From Octopus vulgaris (Eukaryota): a DNA stretch of 64,000 nt. Positions 51,556-64,000 of the stretch are shown here, one piece after another. The DNA is taken from assembly GCA_951406725.2 (NCBI GenBank), contig OX597814.1:57474001-57538000 (forward strand), read 5' to 3'. The translations under genes were made by a program, and so were the position numbers. The notes under the pieces are model-generated. The model did not search any database. It was not told the DNA's origin and saw only the letters and a program-made list of their open reading frames with translations. Numbering within the stretch: the stretch's first letter is position 1; every line of letters starts with the position of its first letter.

Positions 51556-53494
51556 AAAAAAAGAAGGAAAATTAAAAAAACGTCCTAGTTAGGAATCGAA
51601 ACTAGGTACATGATATTATGAATGTTGTGCATACAACGAATAAGAAGTGAAACTGTGACATTCATTCTTTTCTCGGTAGTCGTGGCGATGTAGACGAACT
51701 GAGACTATATTAAGAATGAATAAACGAATCTTTGTTGAGAATGAAGGATAAAAACTACTTCTTTTTCTATCAAATTTATTGATAGAAAAAAAAAAGAAAG
51801 AGAATAAAAGAAAAATCTCTCACAAATCACAGGATGTTTTCAAACTAACACAGATTGAAAATGAAATTCGTGATAGTATTGAGTGTTGTTGCGTTTTTAA
51901 GCTGCTTAGAAGAGTCACGAAAAGGAAATTTAGTTGATGGAAATAATCCTACATGAGTTTAAAGCATTTCCTCTATGGCTTTATTCTCTATCTGTTAACA
52001 ACTTTCTTCTAACGTTTATATGTTTCGGTTGCTATGGTAATGGCATGCTATTATCAAATTAACAGCTTCTGATAAGAATTGTAAAGCTCAGCTATAATAG
52101 AGAAGCAGGTAATAATTCAGTTTAGAGGTAGACAAAAATATCGTGTGTATATCTCTCACTGTAACACAAATTATATGAGTTTATGATACTTTTGAAAACA
52201 TCTGCTGCTGTTTGCCACGCGAAAATGTGAAGTTTTTGGGTGTTTAACGAATTTAGACAACAATAACTAGTAATCTGTGAAGGCTAAATCTCTAACTCGA
52301 GTTCGATTTCTCGCGTTAAGTAATTAATCCAAGAATACAGATGTTCGTCGATTGATGCAGGGCCCATGATTCATCAATTCATATCTTCTTAGCAGCAATA
52401 CGGTGTATGAGACAATCAGGTCAGTTAGCCGAAAGTCTAGCCAACTATAGCCAGGTACAATAAATGGTATGATTCAGCAAGGGGAGTTGTGTCAGATATC
52501 TACTTTGTTTACTTTCGGCGTTAACTTCAAGATCTTTTGAGGGAAAAATCGATATAAACAATACAGTAATAACTTAAAAATATTCCCTGGAATTTTTATT
52601 TCTTATCTATGCAATGTTAGGGAAGTCAGAGAAAAGCAAGCACAAGCTTTATAGATCCTTGTAATTCAGAAAATGAATTCAATATATCCCTCCTTAAAGC
52701 TGATATTTGTAACTGTATTCAGTAACCTGGTTATCAACACTACAAAATATGATGTATTCTTCAATGGTGACCTAACACATCATTAAGACTCGGAGAAAAT
52801 TCTAACTTTCGAATAAAATTATTTCCCTTTCTTCTTTCATTAAGGAAAAACTGAAAATAAATTAAATCCCATAATTCTCGAAATAAATCTTATTGTAATT
52901 CATTGATCGAGATCGAGTTATAGAATTTCTATACATTTTCTAAAGATTTTTCCATAAATGTTCTAAGAAAGCCGATGTTTCATTAGATAAATTATCTTCT
53001 ATTCTGATTCGTCGCTTAGCACCCACACAAATATATCACGCTCACCTGCTTAACTAACAACTTCTTTCTATACAGTCAAAAAACATTTCTATAAAGTACT
53101 TCCATTTAACTGCTTTAAGTTTTCCAGTTGGATTTTTAATACGATTATTTGAAAAAACAATTTCTTTGTGCTTTTAACTAAGTAGCTCTAACTTAACATA
53201 TTTTCCTGCAGAAAGTCAGCGGTACTGTTAAATTAAAGAAGCTAAAACATTTCGCAGTAATAGAAAGGAAATAAATGAAATACATTTAAAAGGATTTCAG
53301 TATATAGTTATTGAGTAACATAAGATGGCTTTTTTCTTTTACTTTCAACTCCTTGCTGCTTCATCTAGAAATAGCATCGCTAGAACACAAGTACACACAC
53401 GCACAGAAGATGTATATATGCATATATAGATATATATTTATATGTATGTATTAAGTATAAACATACATACACACATATACATGTAATATACGTA

Positions 53495-53540
<46 letters not shown>

Positions 53541-53639
53541 ATACTTTGTTTTGGGATTTGAAAATGCACCTGAATCTGAAAAACGTGTAGTCGTTTTTAA
53601 ATAGATTTATTCATATACCAAACTAGTTATCCCATAACA

Positions 53640-53695
<56 letters not shown>

Positions 53696-53791
53696 TGTTA
53701 TGGGAATATTACTTCCAAGTACACAGGAAAAAGACTGTCAATTTAGATGTACTAAAATGAACATCTCTCAATGTTTAATTTGTATATATAA

Positions 53792-53979
53792 AAGTAATTT
53801 TAGAGACAAAACCACCTTCAACTCAATCAACACTGAACGTGTGGTCTTATAAACGGAAAATACAGGATTCAGAATAGATATAGTTAGTATAAGATTTAAT
53901 TTGTAACATTACATGGAGAGGTCGGGTATAAAACCTTTCAGTGTTGATTGAGTTGAAGGTGATTCTGTCTCTAAAATTA

Positions 53980-53982
<3 letters not shown>
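53792..53982. repeat. Fold-back unit with 46-bp arms between TA tracts
   Basis: 53792-53837 versus 53937-53982 (2 mismatches). Confidence 0.9.
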
Positions 53983-54028
<46 letters not shown>

Positions 54029-54031
<3 letters not shown>

Positions 54032-54239
54032 CTACCATTGATTTCATGTTAAGAAATGTAGGAAAATATCCTAGTGTCTTAGCAATATTTTAAGCCGATC
54101 ACATGGAGAAAAGTGTTCACCTCCATTTTGGAAAAACATCTCCAAAATGGAGAACATCTTTTTCCATGTAATCAACTTAAAAAATTCTTAAGACACTAGG
54201 ATATTTTCCTATATTTCTTAACATGAAACCAATGGTAGC

Positions 54240-54241
<2 letters not shown>
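54029..54241. mobile_element. 213-bp palindromic MITE-like unit inside (TA)n
   Basis: aggctaccattgatttcatgttaagaaatgtaggaaaatatcctagtgtctta.. versus ..taagacactaggatattttcctatatttcttaacatgaaaccaatggtagcct; about 100-bp arms with an 8-nt loop. Confidence 0.88.
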
Positions 54242-54280
<39 letters not shown>

Positions 54281-54374
54281 TCACATAAATGGATAGATCG
54301 AAAGATCTTAGATCATGTGTCTTTAAAATCTGTACGTATCTTCTGATAACTATTTCAGTTTCCAGAGAACATAC

Positions 54375-54432
54375 CCTCCTTGGCATTTCTGAAACCTGAT
54401 ATGAAATCTTGGGATATGCCTGACACATCATA
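54375..54432 (-). CDS. Candidate 58-nt internal exon of an unidentified gene
   Basis: tttattatttatatttAG acceptor, G|GTATGT donor, open frame YDVSGISQDFISGFRNAKE; no partner exons identified. Confidence 0.35.
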
Positions 54433-54812
54433 CTAAATATAAATAATAAACCCATGTCAAAATATGCAACAAGAAAGGAAACCAATTCAAACCGAATGAA
54501 GTCTTAAGTAAATCAATTTTCGTGTCTGAATTCGATATACATACATAGATACATACATAGATACATACATACATACATACATACATACATACATACATAC
54601 ACACACATTTATACATTATATAGTATAGTACAGAAAGAAAATTGGATATATGGCGTTACGTTTAGTTCTTGAATTACGCTTGTTTGAACACTACACGGTA
54701 CGCACATTTCATAAATATAAATACAAACATTAATATGAATATAGATGAATTCATGATATGATAATATATTATTATTAATATACACTTCAAGAAATATATA
54801 TGAACTTTAAGT

Positions 54813-54909
<97 letters not shown>
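54813..54909. repeat. (TCTA)n microsatellite
   Basis: Direct observation. Confidence 0.97.
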
Positions 54910-55021
54910 AGATAGAGCGTCTAATTAAACTATTTCTTGTGCACGTCCTCACGTTTGCTTTTTTCTTTTAGTCTGTTTTTAATTGTTTATTTGAATTAAT
55001 TATATATATTAAATAATATAT

Positions 55022-55075
<54 letters not shown>

Positions 55076-55137
55076 TATGTATACATATATCTATATATAT
55101 CTAAACATACATATATATATATATACGTATATGTGTG

Positions 55138-55231
<94 letters not shown>

Positions 55232-55756
55232 CTATCTATCTATCTTATTGTATATTCTTGTACCTGTTGCTTAATGATATATATACCTGTTGTAGGCCAC
55301 CTGGCCAGTGACGTCTACATGTAATTCTAAAAAGAGAAACTTAATTCATCCTTTTCATATACCTTAAAATTTTTATTACCAGTGGCCTGTGCCTATTTCT
55401 TACAAATTCTTATTGTATAAATACCACAGTGGAAGTTTACAGGCAACAAGTAAATTCTGCAACGACAGAAATTGTAGTTATAGGGTCAAGTTTAATAAAA
55501 GATACAGATTCAACAATCCTAGAACTACGATATTTAGTATTGTTGGAATCTTATCAAATTCGATACTTTGAGGACATGAATATTATATATAATTATACAC
55601 AGCAATGGACAATGGAGAAGTCTTGGCAATAAAGTGGCATAAGTTAAAAAAGTTTCTTTTGTAATCAATGATTCCACGTTCAAATGCATTGCATGAGTCT
55701 TGCCAAATGTCTCCTACTGTAAGCTTGGGCTGAAGAATAACTCACACTCGAGCGCG

Positions 55757-55770
55757 CACACACTCACACA

Positions 55771-55867
<97 letters not shown>
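55757..55867. repeat. (CA)n microsatellite
   Basis: Direct observation. Confidence 0.97.
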
Positions 55868-55991
55868 TCACATATTTAACTAATATTAATGCAAGACTCC
55901 CAGTTCAAACAGTAAAAATACATTTGCGATTAATCTTTTTAAAAAAGTGATACTTGAAGTTGGCATAAAGAACATATATTATTCGATTATA

Positions 55992-56053
<62 letters not shown>

Positions 56054-56442
56054 AATGCGCGCACACACACGCATACATACACATATACACGCATACATAT
56101 ATAGGCAAATCGGAAAATAACCCAAACAAAGCAACTAAAGTCAAAATGACTTACACAGTGAATGTATTAGGTTGACGCTCAATTTTAGATCGAAAAGAGA
56201 GGGAGGGGAATGCATGTGGTTTATTTGCGCTCACGATCGTATATTCTGGTTTCGATTCCTGCACCGGGCAATATATTGTGTTCTTGAGCAAAAGATCGCC
56301 TTCCACTTTGCTTCCTTTCACGTTGACAGATCGGCGTTTTTGAAAACGCCATGTTTTTTTTTTAACTGACTGTACAGAGATGTGAAAATACGGCCGCTCT
56401 TCGTTAATTTCAAATTAAACTTACCAAAGATAAGGGTCTTCC

Positions 56443-56457
56443 AGCGCCCCCTAGCGC
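56443..56457 (-). promoter_or_regulatory. CTCF-like binding motif
   Basis: Minus strand GCGCTAGGGGGCGCT is close to the CCACYAGRKGGCRS consensus; GC-rich island in very AT-rich DNA. Confidence 0.4.
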
Positions 56458-56510
56458 CGCCTAGTTTCCCTTTGCTCCAAAACGCTCTCACCGAGCTCCA
56501 AATGTATATA

Positions 56511-57411
56511 TAACGGAAATATTTATAATATAGATACTTATAGTATGCAATTAAACTGATACCAAAACCATTCCCGTCAAATATGGGTAGATAAAGATAG
56601 GGTATAAAAAAGAAATGAGATCTAATGTTTAGGCTTAGTAAATTAGAGATATTAAATATATAAAGGAGTACATTCAGATACAAGGTTTAAACAAATTTAG
56701 ACCTATAATCACAAAACGAATATCATGTGTAATTAAAAAATATAAGATTACAGTATACAGTGAATTTTACGAAAAAAGTATAAATTTTCTTAAATTTATA
56801 AGCTATAAAAACTATAAAAATATATAAAGGCATAAAATTATAAACAAATAAAATATAAGAATTTATAAGATATAATGTGTAATTAAAAATATATAACAAT
56901 ATAAGCTATAAAAACTATGGAAATATATAAAAGGGTATTTAAAGGCATAAAATATAAAATTAAAAAATATAAAAAAATTTATAAATTTTTATAATAAATA
57001 TTTTTCTAAAAAAATTTTATACGACCGTATAATATGACATAAAAAGGTATAAAAAGATATACGGAAGGATATAAGATGAAATAAAATAAAAACGATTATT
57101 TTTCTAATCGCATTAGTATATAGAAAAAGTTATAGCCGGAATATTATTATTAATACAAGATAAAATAAAATATAGATGTACCAAGTTTTAATAGAGACAA
57201 AATTACCTTTGGAAATGGGTTTATAAGATATATCTAAAGTACATCAAAGAAAATGATCGAGGTAGAATAGTAACATATTTTAGTGTATATATTTTAAATT
57301 TAGGGGAGAGGCGAATTTTTTTCTTAACCTACCCGTATTGACGGGAATGGTTTTAATATCAGTTTAATTGCACACTGTAAGTATCTATTTATATTATAAA
57401 TATTTCCGTTA
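56511..57411. repeat. Inverted repeat with ~80-bp arms (56511-56590 / 57329-57411) around an A-rich spacer containing a ~150-bp-period direct duplication
   Basis: taacggaaatatttataatatagatactta..aattaaactgata..ccattcccgtcaa..gggtag versus its reverse complement. Confidence 0.85.
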
Positions 57412-58122
57412 ATATATTCATCATATAATATTTTATCAAGATATTCTATACACTACATTTATGAAAAGTTTTAATATTTCTCTTATATCTTAAAGTATCA
57501 CTTATTAAAATTTTAAGTGTAGCCTTCATCTATATATTTAATAATATTTTGCTTTAACATTATAAATATACTAAGTTACAATGTGCTCCTTCCCTAATTA
57601 TCTTCCACCCCTAATTTCAAATACTTATTCTTTTAGTTTTTTAAGATGACAATCAAAATAAGCATTATTAGCTCACCCTATCTTTCTTTCTTCCTACTAT
57701 TACCCCTTCCCCATCAGGCATTCCCTTTTTTTTACAACTCCAAGCCTTACCTTTTGGTGTAGACAAAGCTGGATATAAGGTTCCAGTACTTAGTCAAGTA
57801 GTTTGTCATGATATTAAATAATTTATCACTTTTGTCTAGAATACAGTTAAAACTCCCAAAAGATTTAATTTTGGATGATTTAAGACTACATTCCCCCTAT
57901 TGTCTTAGAAGTATAGGTAACTAGGTCACTATTCTCAATTATTCCTCCCGCACTATAACCTCTACTAACCTCTAAATTCTAGTAGGTTCAACACTTCATA
58001 GACTGTTTTCTAAACTCATTCTGCCAAAGATATAGTAGCAGAATCAATGTAAATATTTGATCTCTGTTGGTGATATGAATATGTTTAAACAGTTGGTTTG
58101 TTGTTTATGCTTGAAGTATATG

Positions 58123-58215
58123 CAATCATCTGACGAAAACGGTTTCTTTGCAATGATGATGTAATGCTTTCATTAATCAATTAAAGGTGTCGCTTGAAAC
58201 GGCCGTAATGAATTG
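58123..58215 (+). ncRNA. Type I hammerhead ribozyme with extended helix II
   Basis: CAAUCAU-CUGACGA(58130)-AAACGGUUUCUUU..AAAGGUGUCGCUU-GAAAC-GGCC-GUA(58207)-AUGAAUUG; canonical core. Confidence 0.78.
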
Positions 58216-58286
58216 ACACCTGTACATCTTTGTTATACAATTATATATATATATTTACATTTACACACACATGCATGTCTATTTCT

Positions 58287-58476
<190 letters not shown>

Positions 58477-59249
58477 CAATATAAATACGTGTGTGCGTGT
58501 GTGTATGTGTATAACTGTGCTTGTACATACCAGTGTAAAATGGTGTGTTATGCTAAAATAAGTACAAAAGAGTACAATATGAGTACAATTTGAGTAAGTC
58601 CCTTGATGCCAGTATCCTGGCATGGCTGCAGTCCTGTGTAACGCCTTCATCATCTTCCCTTTTTAATTCGAATATCAAGCACCGGCTAAATAATAAAGTT
58701 ATTTAATAAATTCTTCCTTATTTTCAAAATTAATTGAGACAAAGATGGTACATTTCGCATAAATATGGAAACAAAAGGCTCTGCTAAATTCCGTATGCAA
58801 AATTACATAGTTTTGTCATTAAGAAATTCCTTCGTAAATAAAAACAAAATATAATAACAGTAATTGAATAAACTAAAGGTTCACATGCATAATGTAAACA
58901 AGTTGAAAATCTTCTATCAACAGAGATTATCCAAGCACTTGATAGACAAAAACTACCAATAAGAATGTTTAAAATTTAGAACAAGCAATGTAAACAACGT
59001 TTGATAAGATCAGTGGTTCGACTTTTTTAAAACTGACATTTCAATATATATAATATAAGACCATTACTACATTTGCATTTAGTATGCAGAGCGCTCTCTT
59101 GAAAAATTTTCTCTGCAGCTATGTAACTGAAATTTGAACTGAAACTGGGCTTCATTTTACATTTATGGAACTGTATATTGTTATTTTCTTCATTTACCGC
59201 CCACGCTTTCACATAAACATAAGACTAAAGATTCTTGCTATATTTTATA

Positions 59250-59253
59250 TGCA

Positions 59254-59287
<34 letters not shown>

Positions 59288-59380
59288 CATACATACATAC
59301 ATACATGCATACATACATACATACATACATACATACATACGTACATACATACGTACATACATACATACATACATACATAT
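59250..59380. repeat. (CATA)n microsatellite
   Basis: Direct observation. Confidence 0.96.
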
Positions 59381-59566
59381 TTATTATACACACACATACA
59401 CACATATGCATACATATATAGAGATGCATGCATTTTATATATATGCGTATGTATATTCGTGCACCTACATACATATTTACATAAACATAGCTGCATACAT
59501 AATTTGTTTTGTGTCTGTGGATGTCTGTATAAGTGCTTAACTTCAGCTTTGTTTTGTCTCTTTGAA

Positions 59567-59643
<77 letters not shown>

Positions 59644-59804
59644 GTCTGTCTCTCTGTCTGTCTGTCTATTTTAAAATATCTAAACACACGCACGCATTCA
59701 TACACATATACATATATATATGTGTATACATATGTATACAGATGTATATACATATGTATACACACGTATGCATATGCCTATACATCTGTAAGTGTATACA
59801 TATC

Positions 59805-59849
<45 letters not shown>

Positions 59850-60149
59850 GTGTACATATATATATCTATAATGCATAATATATTTACATACGCACACACA
59901 AATAAATTCATACAGACATACGTAAGTTCATACCTTCTTATCTGCAAGTAGCCAACAGCGCCTAAGGAGCTGACTTGTTTATGTAGACATATCCTTTTGC
60001 TACATATAGACTATAAATGCTTTTTATTCGTGCATTGTTTTTCAGTTGTCACTTCAACATTTACGCCTGTCTGTCTGTATGTATGAATATATGTACGTAC
60101 GTATGTATGTATGTATGTATGTATGTATGTATGTATGTATGTATGTATG

Positions 60150-60179
<30 letters not shown>

Positions 60180-60181
<2 letters not shown>

Positions 60182-60371
60182 CGACATGCAAAGGTACATG
60201 AATCACAGTTACAACTACAGCCGACTATTACCAGTAAAGGTTTTAGTTGCCAATTTTGTACAAGACATTGTAGATCTTTAGCTGGGCTAAAAAGTCACAT
60301 TCGATCGCAGCACCAGTAACAGTTAAGCTTCGTGCAATGGCCATACTCGATAACGAGGAGGCAGCCATAAT
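60180..60371 (+). mobile_element. 5'-truncated RTE-clade 3' end inserted in (TATG)n
   Basis: [25 protein letters not shown] followed by 3' UTR ggccatactcgataacgaggaggcagccat. Confidence 0.78.
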
Positions 60372-60420
60372 GTATGTATGTATGTATGTATGTATGTATG
60401 AATGTATGTATGTATGTATG

Positions 60421-60700
60421 TCTAATATATAAAATCCGTTCTGTCTGTCTGTGCGCTTATAACTCGAGTATTGTTCACCCGATTGCGCTGAAATTTTAAA
60501 CATGGATACATGAGTAAACGGAGTGCTCCGTAATCTAAAAAGATTTTCAAAATTGTCAGTTTCAAAGTGAGAATCAATATTTTTGTAATGTTTGTCTGTC
60601 CATCGGATGATTAAAACTTTCATTTTTATTTTTATTCGAAACTACTGTTACGTATCTCGTTGTTCTTAACACTACATCAGTGAAAATCGAAATGAAATAT
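60421..60700 (+). mobile_element. Non-autonomous Helitron-like 5' region
   Basis: TCtaatatataaaat..ctgtctgtctgt..ccgattgcgctgaaatttt is a typical Helitron 5' signature; 3' end not identified. Confidence 0.5.
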
Positions 60701-61562
60701 TTAAAGCAACAGCCATCAAATACAAAAGCCAAGGTCCATGCAGTGTCTTGGGCCAAAAGAATTTTCAGCTTCTTGCCTAATGCGAGCCCAGAGCAATCTC
60801 TTATCTCTTACACTATTTCAGTATTACGTCTCTATTGTAATGCGAAATAATACTTTCAGTTTGAAAGAAGTCTGTCCTATATATATATACTCCATTTATT
60901 TATTTATTCATCTGTAACACACAAATTACTGCACATTAACCAGGAGTTCCTACCTTTGAATAGGTCGCTTCAACCGAGTTTCTGACATGAATTTGCTACC
61001 CTGGTAACGGTTCATTGAATTTTCCATGTTAACGATAAACATAGGATAATTCATTCACCCATCGATATATATATATATACATATTCCTTATGCATTCCAA
61101 AACCGAGTTACCGATTTTGACGTATGGAGTATCAAAAGATTCGGTTCTATTTCGGCTACAAATTAAACTTAATTACCATACACACATTTGCATTTCAAAA
61201 ATTTAACATAATCTTTTCCATAAATCAACTATCGTAAACATTTTATACGATGACGACGATGACGTCATATTTTCTGTAGTGTGTGTACGTTAAAAGACAT
61301 CAATCATCACGACATATCTTCACTCACCCACTCTGTCTGTCTGTCTCTCTCTCTCACACACACACGCCCATTTCATATACATGTACATACACCTTTCACT
61401 TTCTTTCTCTCTGTTCTTTTCACTTTCTTTTATTTAAATTTCTGCCTTCTTCAAATAAATTTTTACAGAATGAGCGGGAGAAACACAAAATGAGCCAGCA
61501 ACACAAAATGAGCCATATTGGATGAGAAATAGCATTATTAATATGAATATACATAAGTATAA

Positions 61563-61772
61563 GGCGGCGAGCTGGCAGAAACGTTAGCACGCAGGGCGAA
61601 ATGCTTAGTATTATTTCGTCTGTCTTTATCTTCTGAGTTCAAATTCCGCCGAGGTCGACTTTGCCTTTCATCCTTTCGGGGTCGATAAATTAAGTACCAG
61701 TTGTGTACTGGGAACGATCTAATCGACTGGCCTCCACCCCAAAAATTTCGGGCCTTGTGCCTAGAGTATAAA
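61563..61772 (+). mobile_element. tRNA-derived SINE (octopus OK-like), near intact
   Basis: ggcggcgagctggcagaaacgttagcacg (A box), gagttcaaattcc (B box), gccgaggtcgactttgcctttcatcctttcggggtcgataaa body, ggccttgtgcctagagta tail. Confidence 0.88.
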
Positions 61773-62369
61773 CGAATATATGAATAGTGGGTAAGTATGA
61801 ACTGAGGTTTCTAACATTGTGAATTGGCAGTCAGTTACGTAAAATAACAGATATGTTACTTCTTTCTTTATTATTGATCGGTTTAAATAAATATAGAACA
61901 TTGTTTTGTTTTTCTCTAGTGAAATAACAAATGTAATTGTGTTGTGCACCAGATGTGCCCACACAAAAACTAAACATTCTTTTATTGGTAGAAAAACATA
62001 CATGTTATAGGAGGTTATAGTTCATGAAGAGGATTCCAGTACGTGAATTGTACCTACTTCACTGGTGTGTTGTGTATTTAGAGCGTAAAGGAGTGTAACT
62101 AAATACTATAATGGATCAATTCTAGCATTCAAGTGTTTCTGCCACGTTGGCTCTTACTTAGGTTCAAGGCATGAAATTTGCTTTGCGTGGAGGGAGATGA
62201 GTCAGTACTATCGACCTGAGTACTTGATTAATGCTTCATTTTATTGACTACTGAGAGATAAAACGCCAAATTGGTTTTGGTGGGAAGAAACGGAAGGAAT
62301 ACCACACTGCATTATGTCCGGCCATTTAACTATTCTGCAAACCAATCTCGCTGTAATCACGGCTTTAAT

Positions 62370-62600
62370 AATTCTTTCTAATTTTAGCACAAAGTGAGCA
62401 ATTTTGAAGGGATGGAGCAAGTTGATTTGGTCGACTCTAGTACTCAACTAGTTCTTATTTTATCGACAATGAAAATATGAAAGGCAAAGCCGCACACGGC
62501 GGAATTTCCACGGCGAAATTTGAACTCAGAACGATAAGAGCTAGAAGACATTTCACAAAACATTTTGTCCGATTCTTTAAAAATTCTGCAAACTCAACAA
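62370..62600 (-). mobile_element. Old OK-like SINE
   Basis: tatcgac..tgaaaggcaaag..ggcggaattt..tttgaactcagaacg. Confidence 0.65.
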
Positions 62601-63806
62601 GCAATCATCATAGCTTTAATAATGGAAATGATAATAGTTATAGTTATCAAATAGACGATGCTCGCAAAAAATATAGTTGGCGGGTATTTACATACTGATA
62701 TCATTTTAATACTCGTCATTTAATACAATTGATGAGGTTCATAGTGGTGCAAGTGATCCAGTTGATGATATGGAACGAGGATTTATTAAGTCCTTGGAGG
62801 GACTGATGTTTATGTTGAATATACAGGAATAACTGTAAAGATATTAAGTTACAGATTTCAATTGAGCGCATTGAGAAGGGAAAAGCAGCGGGTCAGCACG
62901 ACAGGCAGATAACGGGCACGTTTAATTGAGGGGAAGTTCGGAGAAGTAATGGAAAGTTGTGAATCCGACTGGAAAAGCCAGATGTACCGTAGGATAGTTC
63001 ACTGGAAAGATAATGTAAGGGATTTATATTTTCCTTAAAAAAGGACCACCGTGTCAAACTAATATAGATTTATATCGCTGTTTTCTGCTGCTTGTTTGTT
63101 CAAACTATTCCGACTACCGTTTTTGTGTTTTTTTTCTAACATGCTGACGCAGACATTGACCTTATTCTCAGATTACTAGAATCAGATTACACTTAATCTG
63201 CAATTATTATATTATAAAAAAGCGAATCGAATACATGAAATTCAATGTACATTTCAGTAAGTCGCTATTATTTTGTTAGAGATACGCAATTTCTCATGTC
63301 TTTCCACCGGACACCTCGATCAATCACAGATTAAGATCAAGAATATATTGGCTTAGCTTGATATTAAATCTAGTTTTCGTAGCAGTGTGTGTAACGGCCT
63401 ATTATTCTATGTTAAACACACTACATTGTAGTATAGAGTATCTGTTACCAGTTTGATATATTTAACGGGCATGACAGTGACCTGTCCTTTCGTAGAGCTA
63501 ATAACTTGGGGAACACATAGACAACCGCATCCTCTATCTAAAATAAATCTCTTTTGTAACTATTATACATTATTACTGTTGAAAAGACATTGATTTACTT
63601 TTGTTAACAAAGCAAATTAAGTCAAGTGTGAGAGCAGCTCTCATGGCTCTTTACTGGGCCTCCGAATCTGTCGGGGCTTGCAACAAAGTGGGGCTCGCTA
63701 AAGGCAGTAAATGACCAGGTGGTGGTATTAACCAGGGCAACTAATTAAGCCTACTGAGCAATCTTAAGCAATGGAATAATTGAAATACCGAATAATCGAT
63801 AAATTA

Positions 63807-63885
63807 CATCCATCCATCCATCCATCCATCCATCCATCCATCCATCCATCCATCCGTCTGTCAGTCCGTCCGTCCGTCCGTCTGT
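63807..63885. repeat. (CATC)n/(CGTC)n microsatellite
   Basis: Direct observation. Confidence 0.95.
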
Positions 63886-64000
63886 CCGCGTATGTATGAA
63901 ATTGTTTAGTTTATTTCAAGATTTCTTGCTAAAAGAAAAAGAGTCGATTTCTAACCTAGATTCAGGGATCCATCATTGGAATTTCAACATCAACAATAGG

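Noticed and set aside
61563-61650. tRNA genes at SINE heads
   Set aside because: A/B boxes run into SINE bodies; no complete cloverleaf.

Overview
Eukaryotic, AT-rich window dense in repeats and microsatellites. The SINE families and (TA)n/(AAT)n/(TATG)n load look like an octopod cephalopod genome; this is inference from recalled repeat consensi. The only confidently identified host coding sequence is the terminal exon of a PRPF40 (Prp40/FBP11) homologue at 102-194. The rest is mostly decayed mobile DNA: an RTE LINE, R4/Dong-type RLE LINE pieces in (AAT)n, three mariner copies, a maT (DD37D) element with a mariner nested inside, a deleted Helitron, a Gypsy gag remnant, hAT and piggyBac-type MITEs, and many tRNA-derived SINEs. 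The most notable signal is at least 8 type I hammerhead-ribozyme motifs in non-coding, mostly (TA)n-anchored, Penelope-like/retrozyme-like units. Five of them have unusually large, structured helix II inserts and a self-complementary helix III (ACAGCUGU or ACGGCCGU). Two are the outer ends of a 680-bp near-perfect inverted repeat. Also notable are a 5S-rRNA-headed SINE candidate, an ORF-less (AAT)n-targeted retroposon family and recurrent fold-backs at (TA)n tracts. All calls were made by eye, with no database searches or folding runs, and many boundaries are approximate.
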